From: an uncultured Mycoplasmatales bacterium
GTDB taxonomy: Bacteria > Bacillota_I > Bacilli_A > Mycoplasmatales > CGIF01
Length of the DNA stretch: 64,000 nucleotides
Reading direction: 5' to 3'
NCBI GenBank assembly: GCA_964250295.1
Contig: CAXUEP010000001.1
Coordinates: 60,989 to 124,988, forward strand
Both the position numbers and the translations under genes were made by a program. Below are positions 47,739 through 60,529 of the stretch, one piece after another. How positions within the stretch are numbered: the first letter of the stretch is position 1; each line of letters begins with the position of its first letter. A model generated the notes under the pieces. It did not search any database, was not told where the DNA came from, and saw nothing but the letters and a program-made list of their open reading frames with translations.

Positions 47739-48197
47739 ATGTTAAATAGTAGTGAAAGACTGTTCATAAGTAATCAATTTGCAAATAATGATTACTGCCG
47801 AGATGAGCTAGAACTGAAGACTAGGTGTAATAATTCATCTTCTACCTTCTTTACCTCTGTGGGCAGTGAAAATACAAATAGCTGTGGCGACTACATTGCT
47901 CTTGCTGTGAAAAAAAATAACAAGCAGTTTGAAGAAATATTTTTTTCACGGCAGGAAGCTTGTATCATTGTAGTTTCCGCCACAAATATTCTCTGCAAAT
48001 GGATCATTGGAAAGGGAAAGAGTTTCCCAGAAATAACAACCCTCCTTACTAATGTTAGAAGGATGGTTAATGGTGAAGAATATGAGCTTGGTGATTGTCA
48101 GGAGATTGGAGTTTTCTCTAGTTTAAAGTCTTTCATTGCAAGAAAGTCATGCCTCTTACTGGTTGTAGACAGCTTTTCGCAGATCATTGCAGGGTAA
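47739..48197 (+). CDS. sufU: SufU/NifU-like Fe-S scaffold
   Basis: NSCGDYI, ACII, RKSCLL: the three conserved Cys. Confidence 0.75.
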   Translation: MLNSSERLFISNQFANNDYCRDELELKTRCNNSSSTFFTSVGSENTNSCGDYIALAVKKNNKQFEEIFFSRQEACIIVVSATNILCKWIIGKGKSFPEITTLLTNVRRMVNGEEYELGDCQEIGVFSSLKSFIARKSCLLLVVDSFSQIIAG

Positions 48198-48206
48198 AAT
48201 TTATAA

Positions 48207-49283
<1,077 letters not shown>

Positions 49284-49297
49284 AAGAGGAAAGGGGA

Positions 49298-49864
49298 ATG
49301 ATTTATTCAATGAATAATCAAGCAAAAGATTGAAAAACTAACTTAGAAGAATTACTTGACAGAGATGAGGCAGCCTTTGTTAATAGTTTAGCCGGGATAA
49401 GGGGTAATAAAGTTTCTATTGATTTTATTGGCACACTTCCTGTTAATGCTAATAACAAGAAGGCAAAGATTTCGCACATTGCCAGTTTACGAGCCTTATC
49501 CGCCAGGGACCTGTCAATTACTGTCTTTGATCGGAAAGATGTGCAGGCAGTTACTAAGAGCATACTTGATGCTGATCTCGGTTACCGTGTTGAGAGAACA
49601 ACTGGTGAGGTAGTCTACTTTTCCCTAGTGTCTTTTACAGAGGAAACCAGGATAAAGCTGATGCAAAAATGTAAAGATAACCTGGAGAGTGCAAAGATTG
49701 CCTTTCGTAATAGTCGGCAGAAAGCACTCACGGAAGTTAAAGTTTCTAAGCTTCCAATTGACGAAGATAGGCGGGCAAAAAAACAACTTGATGAAATTGT
49801 CAACCTACGTGCTCATAAGGCTACAAAGATCTATGAACAAAAAGTTGCTGAACTAAAGCTTTAG
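49298..49864 (+). CDS. frr: Ribosome recycling factor
   Basis: TEETRIKL..ESAKIAFRNSR..KQLDE; N-terminus via TGA readthrough. Confidence 0.8.
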
Positions 49865-49878
49865 TTAATCGCGCAATT

Positions 49879-50313
49879 CTAGGCTACCGAGTTCTCAAGT
49901 TGGGAATTGAAGCCAATTAACTTAGCTAGTTTTTTAGTAATCTTCTCTATTACTTCTTCCTTGACAGAACCAATAGGTCTCTTCAGTCTAAAGTTTTTGC
50001 TAAGACAACCTACAAATATAATTAAAACTTTGCTGTCACTACTGAGTTTATTCATTTCATCAGCCTTAACCAAAACTTCGAGTGGATTTTCTGGTCTTTC
50101 TGTATCTTCACTGGTCAAGGGAACCGCAAAAACTAGTTCACTGAATTCATTGTGTATATCATTGCTTATAATAACACAGGGTCTGCTTTTTGCGATTTGT
50201 TTTTCTACTGTAAAATCCTGTTCCTGCGGATCTAGATCAGAAAATTTAAGATTGTAATCTACTATTCAAACTTCGCCTCTTCTGGGCAGCTTCTTCTCTT
50301 TTATCGATTTCAT
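49879..50313 (-). CDS. MazF/PemK-family endoribonuclease toxin
   Basis: RGEVW(TGA)IVD, KSRPCVIISND, AVPLTS, DSKVL. Confidence 0.85.
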
Positions 50314-50551
50314 TCCAGGCTTCAATAGTTATCCCTTCCGCTAACTTTCCAAATTCCTTATAGACTTTGTCTTCCGATATCTTCCTGTAAGCTGCAATTA
50401 ATTCCTCTTTCTCTTTTGCTCTTAGCCAATCAGCATACAAATTGTTCGTAAAAGAACTCAGGCTCTTTGCAGTAATGCTTTTCTTTATGTTTGCTAATAC
50501 ATGACTATCAAATGTTAATGTTACACTCGTTTTCATTCTTGTAATTACCAT
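50246..50551 (-). CDS. Probable cognate antitoxin (RHH-like)
   Basis: MKTSVTLTFD beta-strand-like N-terminus, ELIAAYRK; overlaps toxin start. Confidence 0.65.
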   Translation of the reverse strand: MVITRMKTSVTLTFDSHVLANIKKSITAKSLSSFTNNLYADWLRAKEKEELIAAYRKISEDKVYKEFGKLAEGITIEAWNEIDKREEAAQKRRSLNSRLQS

Positions 50552-50667
50552 TCTTTATGATTATTTTATATTGTTCAGTACCAAGTCAACTTTAGTTGTA
50601 ATTAAACAATTGTTACTACATTGTAAGTTCTTCTCGTAGTAAATGAGTCTAGTTTTTAGTGCTGATT

Positions 50668-51891
50668 CTATAAACTATAATCTTCAAAGTATTTCCGAAG
50701 GAAACCAGGAACTTCTAGTTTATCTGTTTGTTCGTTAAAGTAGTATTCTGTTAGCACAAGAATTAGACGGTCAATTGCTAATGCTGAACCATTTAGAGTG
50801 TGTAGGATTTTTTTCTTCCCACTAAACTTACTTCTAATTAACGCTCTGTTAGCTTGGAAGTCCTCACAGTTCGAACAGGAGGAGAGTTCTAATCACTTCT
50901 TACTAATTGGCAATCAAGCCTCAATATCATATGTTTTGGCGGCACTTACCCCAAGCTCCTTGTAACAGAGATCAATTACACGGTATGAAACACCCAACTG
51001 TTCTAGAAGGCTTGTAGCATCATTAGCCAGTAATTCTAGTTCAGCGTATGAGTTTTCTGGCTCTGTAATCTTCACTAGTTCAACCTTGTGAAACTGGTGG
51101 AGGCGAATAAGCCCCTTATTTTCCTGGCCAGCTGCTCCTGCTTCTGCCCGAAAGCAGGGACTATATGAACAGAGCTTTACTGGAAGTTGTTTAGGATCAA
51201 TCATCTTATTAGCATAGAGGTTAACAAGGGTTACCTCAGAAGTTGGGATTAGTACTAAGTTGCTACTCTCAAGTTTAAAGAGATCAGTTGTAAATTTTGG
51301 TAACTGACCAGTGTTATAGAGGCTTGTGCTATTTGCGAGGTAGGGAGTACTGACTAACCTATAGCCCTTTTTCCGGTTCTCTACCAGCATAAAGGTGACT
51401 AGTGAGTGAAGAAGCGACACTCCTAGATCCTTATAGATAACAAACTTACTGGCAGTAATTTCCACTGCACTTTTCTCGTCAGTAATCGCCAACTTCTCCA
51501 TGATCTTTTCATAGGAAAGAGAATTATTTACTTTCCGCCTGCTCCAAAATTCTCTTCTGACTAAATTTCCCTCTTCATTACTGGGTGTGCCAGGTGCTGG
51601 GATATTTGGGAGTTGGGAATGGAGTTCCCTAAGTTCAGTAACAACCTCCTGTAGTTTTCCTTCTAGGGTTCTAATCTCTTCCCTAGTCCTAGAAACGCTA
51701 CTGTTATTCTTGATCTTCTCACTGCTTAGTTTGTTCCGTCTACTACGCAGGTTGTTTATTACACTAATAAGTTCTTTTCTTTGTTCATTCTTCTGGATAA
51801 CTTTGGAAAGTTGTTCACTATCAATCCCACGGTAGAACATCCGCTTTGCAATCTCACCAAAGTTACTTTTTAATTTTTCTAGATCTATCAT
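50668..51891 (-). CDS. serS: Serine--tRNA ligase
   Basis: [34 protein letters not shown]. Confidence 0.95.
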
Positions 51892-51905
51892 TTCTTAACT
51901 CTTTC

Positions 51906-53984
51906 CTATCTTCGCAGAACCGAGAATTTTGCAACCAGTGCTGTTCAAATTTTTTCAATCACTACTTCAATTTCTGCATTTTGCAGGTTTACATTTCTTC
52001 CCTGGAAAAGAAGTTGGAAGTTGAGAGAATATAGGAAATCCTTCTTCTCCTTATCATAGACATCCACAAGGGAAACGGCAGAGAGAAACTCCCCTCCTGC
52101 CTCTCTTATCACTCCTATTATTTGTTCCAGTGAAGTGTTTTTTTTCGTAAGAAAAGAAATATTCTTTGTAATAACTGGAAGGTAGGAAACTGGGGAGTAT
52201 TTTCTATCTTCCTGCTTATCTAAAATTGGTAAAAGTTTACTGAAGGAGAGTTGTAGTACAAAACAAGGTGCATTTTTTACTCTATTCTCTGCAAGAGTTC
52301 TAGAGGAGAGTTGACGAATAAACCCCACTCTTTTTTGGTTTACCACTAGTGGGTAGTCAAGATCCATTAAACTAGTAAATCTGGCTTTCTCTACTATAAA
52401 CTCATCAATGTTCATAATTGTAAGGAGGTTTTCAAGAAGACCCTTTATTCAATAAATGTTAGTCTGTTCTGTAAGTTGGTGTACCCCCGAACTAACTACC
52501 TTTCCAGTTGCAATGACAGAGAGAATTTCCTCCTGAACAGGAAGACTAGAGCTACTATCAACACTGTAAACAATTCCTTCTTCGAAAAGGAAGAGGTCTT
52601 CGCACCCCTGTCCCTGGTTATGTCTGATGATTTCTAAGTGGCTGTTAATAAAGGAAGTTCTGTAGGCTACACGGGTACTACTTTTTGGGTTAGCAAGCAA
52701 AACTTTGCTGTCCTTCTGTGGATCAACACTTTCAGTTAGTGAATAGGAAAGGACTTCCTGGTAGCCGTTACTCAGAAGATAGAGCGCAATCTTCCTTCTG
52801 AGACTGTAGGTATTGTTGAATTGCAAATTAATAAACTGGTTCTGAAAAGCCGGAAGACTTCCTGGTAGTAAGTTATAGTCTAGGAGTTTCCCAATTTCCT
52901 CAAGAAGATCCTCTGCTATCTGAATATCAGAACGAAAGCTAGGAATTTGCACGGTGTACAGACTACCGTCTTTTTCAAAGGGAAAGTTGAGTCTTCCTAG
53001 TGTTGTTTCAATTTTTTCCTCCTTGGTAAGAATTCCAAGTTTCCTTGTGAGAAAATCAGTGCTAATTCCAAGTTTTCTACAATTCTCCTTTTTCTTGTTG
53101 TTCAGGGGAAGGGAGAAGTGTTCAGTACTGTCTTTCTGGTAACTGTAGAACTTACCAACAGTTTCTTTAAACCTTCTGAGGGCAGCTCCTGAATCTTCCT
53201 GATTGTAAGTGTTTATAAAATTTTCACTTGCTCTGGTTCTGATTCCTGTCTGATTACAAGTTAATTCTATGGCAGTGGGTGAAAAGCTTCCACTTTCAAC
53301 TAGGAATTGTTTTGTTGTCTGGTCAACAGCTGTACTACTTCCTCCAATAACCCCCATGAGTTCTACTACCCTTCCGTTAGTTTCCATAAGTAAACTGCCG
53401 GGGGGAAGTTTTCTTTCTTTTCCTGAGAGATCAACAAAAACTTCCCCTCCACTTGCCTCTTTTATAGTAATTTCTTTGCCAGATGAAATATGTTGGAGTT
53501 TCTCTAGGTCAAAAACATGAAGGGGTTGACCAGTTTCCAGGGTTGTTAAGTTAGCAATATCAATTATTGTATTAACAGTTCTTATTCCATTCTTCCTGAG
53601 TGATTGTAACATCCAGGTTGGTAGGCAGTGGCTCTCAACAAGATTATATAAGGAAATAATACTATACTCAGTAACTTGTTTACTCCTAACCCTAAATTGT
53701 AAGTTACCAATTGAATGGTCTGACCAGTTCTCCCTCTCTACGATCCCTGGAAAATTCCTAGCTTTCCTAAGATTTAGTAGGACAGATATCTCCCTTATCA
53801 GTCCCCACCATGACTTCAAATCCCTACGGTTATGTGCAGTTATAAAGTTAATGAACAGGATTCCAGCAGTGGAGTGTTTTTCACACTCTAGTCCATGGTA
53901 GTTGAGTTGTTCAATCAATTCCCCAGCTAAGAAACTGCCACTACACTCAATTTTTCCTCTAATTCATTCTCATGGTATATACAT
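51906..53984 (-). CDS. pheT: Phenylalanine--tRNA ligase beta
   Basis: GQPLHVFD, PSFRSDI..EDLLEEIG, C-terminal FDX-ACB region; joined through TGA. Confidence 0.88.
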
Positions 53985-54091
53985 GATGATAATAATATTT
54001 CCCTTGTAACCGATCTACTTCCTAAAGAGGTGGTTAGCAAGCAGGAGTATGTAAATTCTTAAGTAGTTTTTAAGAACTGGGAAAGTAGGAG

Positions 54092-56869
54092 TTAACCTAG
54101 AGTTTCTATACACCGTGGGCAGAGGGATAGTTTACTAACAGGGTGGACTATAAATCTTCAGCACCTTTCGCATTTTAAGCAGGAAGTTTTTGCCACCCTA
54201 ATACTGAACTGGTCAGCATCCTCGATGTTTACTTCTGGTACAATAAACAGGAGTGAAAGGTCTTTTTCACCACCCCTACCGAATAGGGACCTGAAGTAGG
54301 AGAGATTTTCATTCTGTCCATTCCCTGGCATAAACAAGGTGACCACTGCCTGCTGGTTTGTTTCAATTAGTTTTCCCTGCCGTGCTTTTTCTAGTTCCTT
54401 AAAAACATCTTTTCTTACTGGTAAAACTGAGCTTTCAAAATTCTTTACCTTTTCTAACGGAGAAGAGTGTTCTAGGTCTTCCTCCCCACTACGGATAAAG
54501 TTAATACTGTCGTGCGCGTAGAATTTATCATCTTTAAAGGTGAAAGTTTCTTTGTTAGTAAGAATTGTCTGGTAGATTTCCTCTGCTAGGAAGGGTACCA
54601 ATGGTATAATTATAACTAGGATTTTCTTCAGTATTTGGTTAAGAGTTGTAAGAACCGCCTGGCGGCGCCTGCTTTGCTGGGGATCACAATAGAGTATATC
54701 CTTGATTATTTCAAAATAAAAACTACTGAGTTTATTTACACAAAAGTTATTAATTAAATTATAAACACCAACAAAATTGGATTCTAGGTAACTACTTCTA
54801 CTTTCTGTACTAAGGGTTAGTAGGTGTGCCCTAATATAATCATTAACCTGGTCGATACTGCCATGGGAGGTTGAAAATTGTTGTACGTTTACCCCACTGC
54901 TCTCCTTCTCAGTGTAGAGACTCGCAATGATGAAACGTAAACAATTTCTAAGTTTTTGGTAGTTATCCTGGGCGCTAAGAAGAATTTCATCACTAACCTT
55001 TATCTCTTTTGTAAAGTCAACACTTGCTACCCATAGACGCAGCGTGTCAATGCCAAATTTTTCAATGAGCGCAAGAGGGTCTACTGTATTACCTAGTGAT
55101 TTGGACATTTTTTTCCCGTTTTTGTCAACTGTAAAGCCATGTGAAATAACTTTTTTGTAGGGTGGAAGATTCCTCACAATTGTAGAAAGAATTAGGGAGG
55201 AATTAAACCAGCCACGGAACTGATCACTGCCTTCTAGATATATATCAGCAGGTCAATTTCCCTCCTTCTCAAGTACACAGAAGCTAGAAACACCACTATC
55301 AAACCAGACATCGAGGGTGTCTGTTCCCAGGGTGAGGTTCCCACCAAACCTGGAACCAAATTGCTTCCTAATTAGCTCCAACCCCTTTTCCTGGAACCAG
55401 AAATCAGAACCTTCTTTTTCCACTAGCTTAGCTACATACTTAATAAGATCTGTGTTCAGTATTGCTTCTTCATCATTATAAATGACCGGGATTGGGACAC
55501 CCCATTTCCGCTGACGGGATATACACCAGTCATCCCTGTTTCTAATGAAGGAAAACATTTTTTCCCTGGAATAAGTAGGAACCCATTCTACTTTTTCAAT
55601 ATTAGCAAACAAGTGCTGACGAATTCTCGTAAGGTCAATGAACCATTGACTAGTTAAACGGTAAACAAGTGGTGAATTATCCCTCCAATCATGGGGGTAA
55701 CTATGGGTAAAAATCCCCCAGCTATCAACAAAAGCACGCTTTTCTAAATCATCCAGGATTCAACGGTTTGCCTGCTGGTAGAAAACCCCAGCTAGTTTAC
55801 TAACTGGACAGTCACTAGGGAAGTTTCCCTTTTCATCAATAAGACCACTAACTTCCACGCCTTCATGTTGTGCAAGCAGAAAGTCTTCTGGTCCACAAGC
55901 TGGGGCAAGATGAAGAATTCCTGTTCCCTCACCGCTTCTGACCAGATCCTCCGCATTAACAACTACAAAACGACTTCTCCCAGGATAGGGTGGTAAGTAT
56001 CCAAGATTCAGTAGTCGGCTACCGCTAAAGCTTCTGAGAATCCTAGCTTCCCTGCTAGGATTTTCTTTAGCATACTCTTCAGAATAGATAAGAAATTCTT
56101 CCTTGGTAGCAACTAGCAAGTAATTACCACTGGGCTTAACACCAACAAGCATGTTCCCGGGTATTGTTCACGGTTGTGTTGTCCAGATAAGTAGCTTAAC
56201 ATGGTCTTTTTTAAAAAAAGATTCACTAAGTTCTAGCTTAAAGAAGAGTGAAAAATCCTTCCGCTCCCTGTATTCAACTTCGTTCTCAGCTAGTGCTGTC
56301 TGGTGTGATCATGACCAGTAAATTGGACGCAGACTACGGTAGATAAGTTTTTTTTCAACTACTTTTGCAAGAATGGAGAGTTGCGTGGCCTCGTAGGAAT
56401 TGTTGCTTGTTGAATAGTTATTTTCATAGTCAGTAAACAGTCCGAGTTCCCTTAACTGGTTCCGTTGAATTCCAATCTGTTCATTCGCATATTCCCTACA
56501 TGTTTCGCGAATCTTTTCCTGATCAACTCTATTCTTACTACTTACTACCTTAAATTCAATTGGCAAACCATGTGTGTCCCACCCTAGTTTGAAGAAAGTT
56601 TGGTAGCCAATTAAGTTATAGAACCTAATTATAAAATCCTTGAGGATACGGTTGACAAGGTGACCAACATGAATTGATCCGTTTGCATAGGGAGGTCCGT
56701 CATGAACAATGAACTTCCCCCGCCCTTTTCCATTTAGGGATAGTGATTTGTTATATACTTGTTTTTCCTCCCAGAAAACCACCATTCGCTTCTGACTCCC
56801 CCCTTGGTTCCTTAGGGGAAAGCCTGTTCTTGGTAGCAAGAGGGTTTTTTTAAGATCTTTACTTTCCAT
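54092..56869 (-). CDS. ileS: Isoleucine--tRNA ligase
   Basis: DGPPYANG, HVGH, WCISRQR, KMSKS, C-terminal CERC zinc site. Confidence 0.95.
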
Positions 56870-56986
56870 TGTTTATTTTTTTTCCTGTGCGGATAAGTTG
56901 AAGTAGCTTCTCTAACTGCTAATTGTTCTTCTTACTCTTTGGTAGTTGTTGGCAAACTAAGAAGAACAACTATTCTTTACAAAAGC

Positions 56987-58180
56987 TTACTCTAGACAGT
57001 TATCTATTCTAAGTTGTTGTAAATAACTAACTAGGGTGTTAACTTCCCTTTTATTGTTATAAATTGCCAGGGAAAGACGAACTGCACTACTCTTCCCAAT
57101 TAATTCTCTGAGGAATGGCGAGCAGAAGTCACCTGCACGTACAAAAACCCTATTGCTTGCTAAGTATAGTGCAACATCCTGTGCATGAAAACCCTCGATA
57201 TTGAACAATAGAATGCTAGCACCTGCACTACGATTATAGATTTTAATCCCCTGCACCCTGAGCAGCAAGTTAACAGCATAGTTCCTTAGTTTTTGCTGCC
57301 TAGTAACTAGATTTGTTCAGTTAAGTTTTGACATAAAGCGAAAAACTTCTCCCAACCCTGCTACATAGGGAGCAGGAATTGTACCAACTTCAAACTTTTC
57401 ATAGTTACTTGGTAAACTGCCAGCAAGGAGTGGAGAGGTTTTTTTTCCACCCCCCCATAGGAGGTGGGGGAGTTTTTCTGCAAGTGTTTCCCTAACCCAG
57501 AGTACTGCAATTCCATCAGGACCATAGAACTTGTGCGAAGAAAATACTAGGGCATCAACTCCCCAACTCTTAACATCAATTAAACTATGTTGGATACTCT
57601 GGCAGGCATCAATGATAACATAGCAGTTAGGGTTGATTGATTTTATGATTTTGGCTACCTCCTGAACATTGTTTAGGGAACCAAGACTATTTGGAACCTG
57701 GGCGAAACTTACAATTGTTGTTGAATTATCAATTCTTTCAGAAATTCTTTCCTTATCAATGGTAAACTGGTTATCTAGTCAAAAGTAGTTAAGTTTGAGA
57801 TTTTTCCTCCTAGCCAAGTTTAGCCAGGGGTAACTATTAGAACTATGTTCGGCTTTTGTGATGACGATTGAGTGGTCCGGTTCCACCAAATCAGCAAAAG
57901 CCAGGGCCAGAAAGTTTAGTGCATAAGTTGTTGAGGGAACAAATGAAACTTCACTTGCTTTACCATTTATTCACCTAGCAACTGACTCCCTGGTGTTACG
58001 TACTGCTTGTTCCACAGGAAGGTAGGCAGTGGCGCTGGAGCTACTATGCAGATTGAGAGGAAAGTTTTTTACGAAGAGGTTTACTGTTTTTATAACAGAG
58101 TTGAGCTTTAGGGATGTAGCAGCATTATCCAGGTAGATACAACCTTTGTTTGAATAAAGAGTAGGAAAGTTTTTTCTCAT
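56987..58180 (-). CDS. sufS: Cysteine desulfurase
   Basis: YLDNAATS, DACQS, FSSHKFYGP, VRAGDFCS. Confidence 0.88.
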
Positions 58181-58234
58181 AACAGCTAGTGTAGGATAAG
58201 TTGGTCACTAAAAAAGTATGCCAAACTAAGTTAC

Positions 58235-59275
58235 TTACTCTTCCTCCTCTGTCATTACTTCACCGGCTGGGACTTTTCTAGCGACCAGATTTTCTATTTC
58301 TTCAAGCAAGCCTGCTGTTTCCTGGAATGTTTTTACTACATTTTCCTTCCCGTTACCTAGCTTTTGTTCCTTATAGGAGTACCAACCACCAGACTTGTTG
58401 ATAATTCCTCCCTCAACAGCCAAGTCAAGAATCTCCCTCTCTTTTTGGATACCACCATCGAACATAATTTCAAGTCTAACTTTGCGGTAGGGAGCAGCTA
58501 TCTTGTTCTTAATAATTTCAGCTTGTGTTTCAATTCCTATATACTTACCACTCCTTTCAATTCTCCCTACTCTTCTTAGTCTAATTCTTAGACTGGCAAT
58601 GAACTTTAGAGCATTACCACCAGTGGTTGTCTCAGGATTTCCAAACGAACCGAAAGTCGAAATCTTCTGCCTCATCTGGTTAATAAAAATTACAATTGTA
58701 TCACGCTTCGATAGTTCATTGTTGATTGTTCTAAGACCCTTAGACATTAGGCGGGCATGTAGACCAACTAGTTGTGTAGCAGAGTCACCTTCTAGCTCAG
58801 CTCTTGGTATCATGGTAGCCACGGAATCAACAACAATTAACCCAACATTTAGTACAATCAGTCTTTTGATTATATCAAAAGCATTTTCACCATCAGTTGG
58901 GGATGAAATCACTAACTTTTCTTCGTTAACGCCAATTTCCTTCGCATATGAAACATTCAGAGCATTTTCCAAATCCATGTAAACAGCAGACTTACCTGCC
59001 TTTTGACATTCACGAACAGCATGCAGAGCTACTGTTGTTTTCCCACTTGATTCCTCTCCGAAGAGTTCGATAATTCTCCCACAGGGGTAACCCTGTGTTC
59101 CAATATTCTGGTCTAGTAAGTAGCTTCCTGAATGAAGAAAATTCCCCTTACCAGAGTGGTTTTTCTTTAGTGTTGAGATTGAATCCTCACCAAACTCCCT
59201 TGAGATTGCTTCAATGACTTCGAGGTAATCGTGATCACTTACTTCTTTTGCTGTTGATGATGATTTCTTACTCAT
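58235..59275 (-). CDS. recA: Recombinase A
   Basis: GEESSGKTT, VVDSVA, NPETTTGGNALKF. Confidence 0.97.
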   Translation of the reverse strand: MSKKSSSTAKEVSDHDYLEVIEAISREFGEDSISTLKKNHSGKGNFLHSGSYLLDQNIGTQGYPCGRIIELFGEESSGKTTVALHAVRECQKAGKSAVYMDLENALNVSYAKEIGVNEEKLVISSPTDGENAFDIIKRLIVLNVGLIVVDSVATMIPRAELEGDSATQLVGLHARLMSKGLRTINNELSKRDTIVIFINQMRQKISTFGSFGNPETTTGGNALKFIASLRIRLRRVGRIERSGKYIGIETQAEIIKNKIAAPYRKVRLEIMFDGGIQKEREILDLAVEGGIINKSGGWYSYKEQKLGNGKENVVKTFQETAGLLEEIENLVARKVPAGEVMTEEEE

Positions 59276-59424
59276 TATGTTGTTTTGAACCTTTAAAAAC
59301 TTCTAAGCAGGGTGTAATTCTAATGTTTTTTACAAACATTGTTAGTTATTCAGTAAATAAGCAATATTAGAAAAAAACTGGTAGCTATTCACACACTACC
59401 AGGATTTAAAAACTATTCCTAGAA

Positions 59425-59517
59425 TGGAGGAGGTGGGGAGATTCGAACTCCCGCGCGCACTTTAATGCGCCTTACAGTTTTCAAGACTGTCCTCTTCAAC
59501 CACTTGAGTACACCTCC
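59425..59517 (-). tRNA. tRNA-Ser(TGA)
   Basis: Loop CT-TGA-AA, long variable arm, CCA. Confidence 0.93.
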
Positions 59518-59728
59518 ACTATTTAAAATTCCATTCCTTCCCTGGGTATAAATCAGGAAGAATTTCTGAGCAAGTCCAGTGAAGTTCTTCTTAGCTAAGT
59601 TGGAATGGGTAGGCTAATAGATTTTTACAGTTTATACTTTTCCAAGGTAAGAACAGGAGCTTTTGAATGGGATAAACCCTAGGATTCAATTGACCTAGAC
59701 AGTTACAAAGTTTGACGGGGGTAAGTAG

Positions 59729-60250
59729 GCAAAGGGGGGCACTGGGAAGTCAGTCTGGACTGAAAAATACCTCCGGCAGGAAAACTACCAGCCCGGAGAA
59801 GTGGTAGCAATTTTCCCAAATAGCATTACCTACAATGACCAGATCAAATTTGAAATTGATGATGAAAAAGGAAGGGTTCTCATCATTAATGAAGTTGATA
59901 AGGACTTCCCTAAGCATAACAACTTAATTACCTTCATTGACCAACGGGGGTTGTTAACCGGTAAGGAAAGTAGAATCAGAAATAATTTTGAGCTAATTAT
60001 CATCAACTCCCTCTACCGGCCGGAAAAAGTCTTTAGTTACCTGGGCCGGCGAGTTGCTAGCCAGGTCCTACGCAGAATCTTTAGTCCCTTTTTCGATTGT
60101 AAGATGTACCAGATTAAGGCTAACCAAAGGCAACTTAAAAGTTTTCTGCACAGGGGAGAGAAAATGAGTAACCGGGAGTTTCAAAATTGGTACCAACCAT
60201 TAATCACTAAAATTAAGGAAGCTGATGAAAATTTAATCAAAGATGTTTAG
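59729..60250 (+). pseudogene. 5'-truncated SF3 helicase resembling the helicase domain of rolling-circle Rep proteins
   Basis: KGGTGKS (Walker A), LIINEVD (Walker B), IIINS (motif C), QVLRRIF (Arg finger); in-frame TAG at 59726-59728 just upstream. Confidence 0.6.
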
Positions 60251-60529
60251 ATTTCTAGCTCTAAAAAAGGCTGAGAATGAATAGCTAATGCTTAATGAGA
60301 GTAACTAGTTGGAAGAAAAAATAAGATACACAGAAGAGCCTACTTTTACACAATTTAAACAAATGAAGAAGTTAGAAAAGAAAAAAACTTCGAGAAACAA
60401 CTAATAACAATCAAAAATGGTAAGTTTAAATCCCTGGCAGAGATCTACAAGAAGAGAATAGCACTTATTAGATTTTCCCAATCGGAAAAACAGTGTAACC
60501 TGAAGGTTAACTTAACTATCTCTTGTATC

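Noticed and set aside
47720-47747. TTATGTTAAAT, identical to the XerD arm of dif
   Set aside because: No matching XerC arm, and it overlaps the sufU start codon
59425-59517. tRNA-Ser(TGA) as the attachment site of the downstream island
   Set aside because: The island lies on the tRNA 5' side and no duplicated tRNA end is visible in the window
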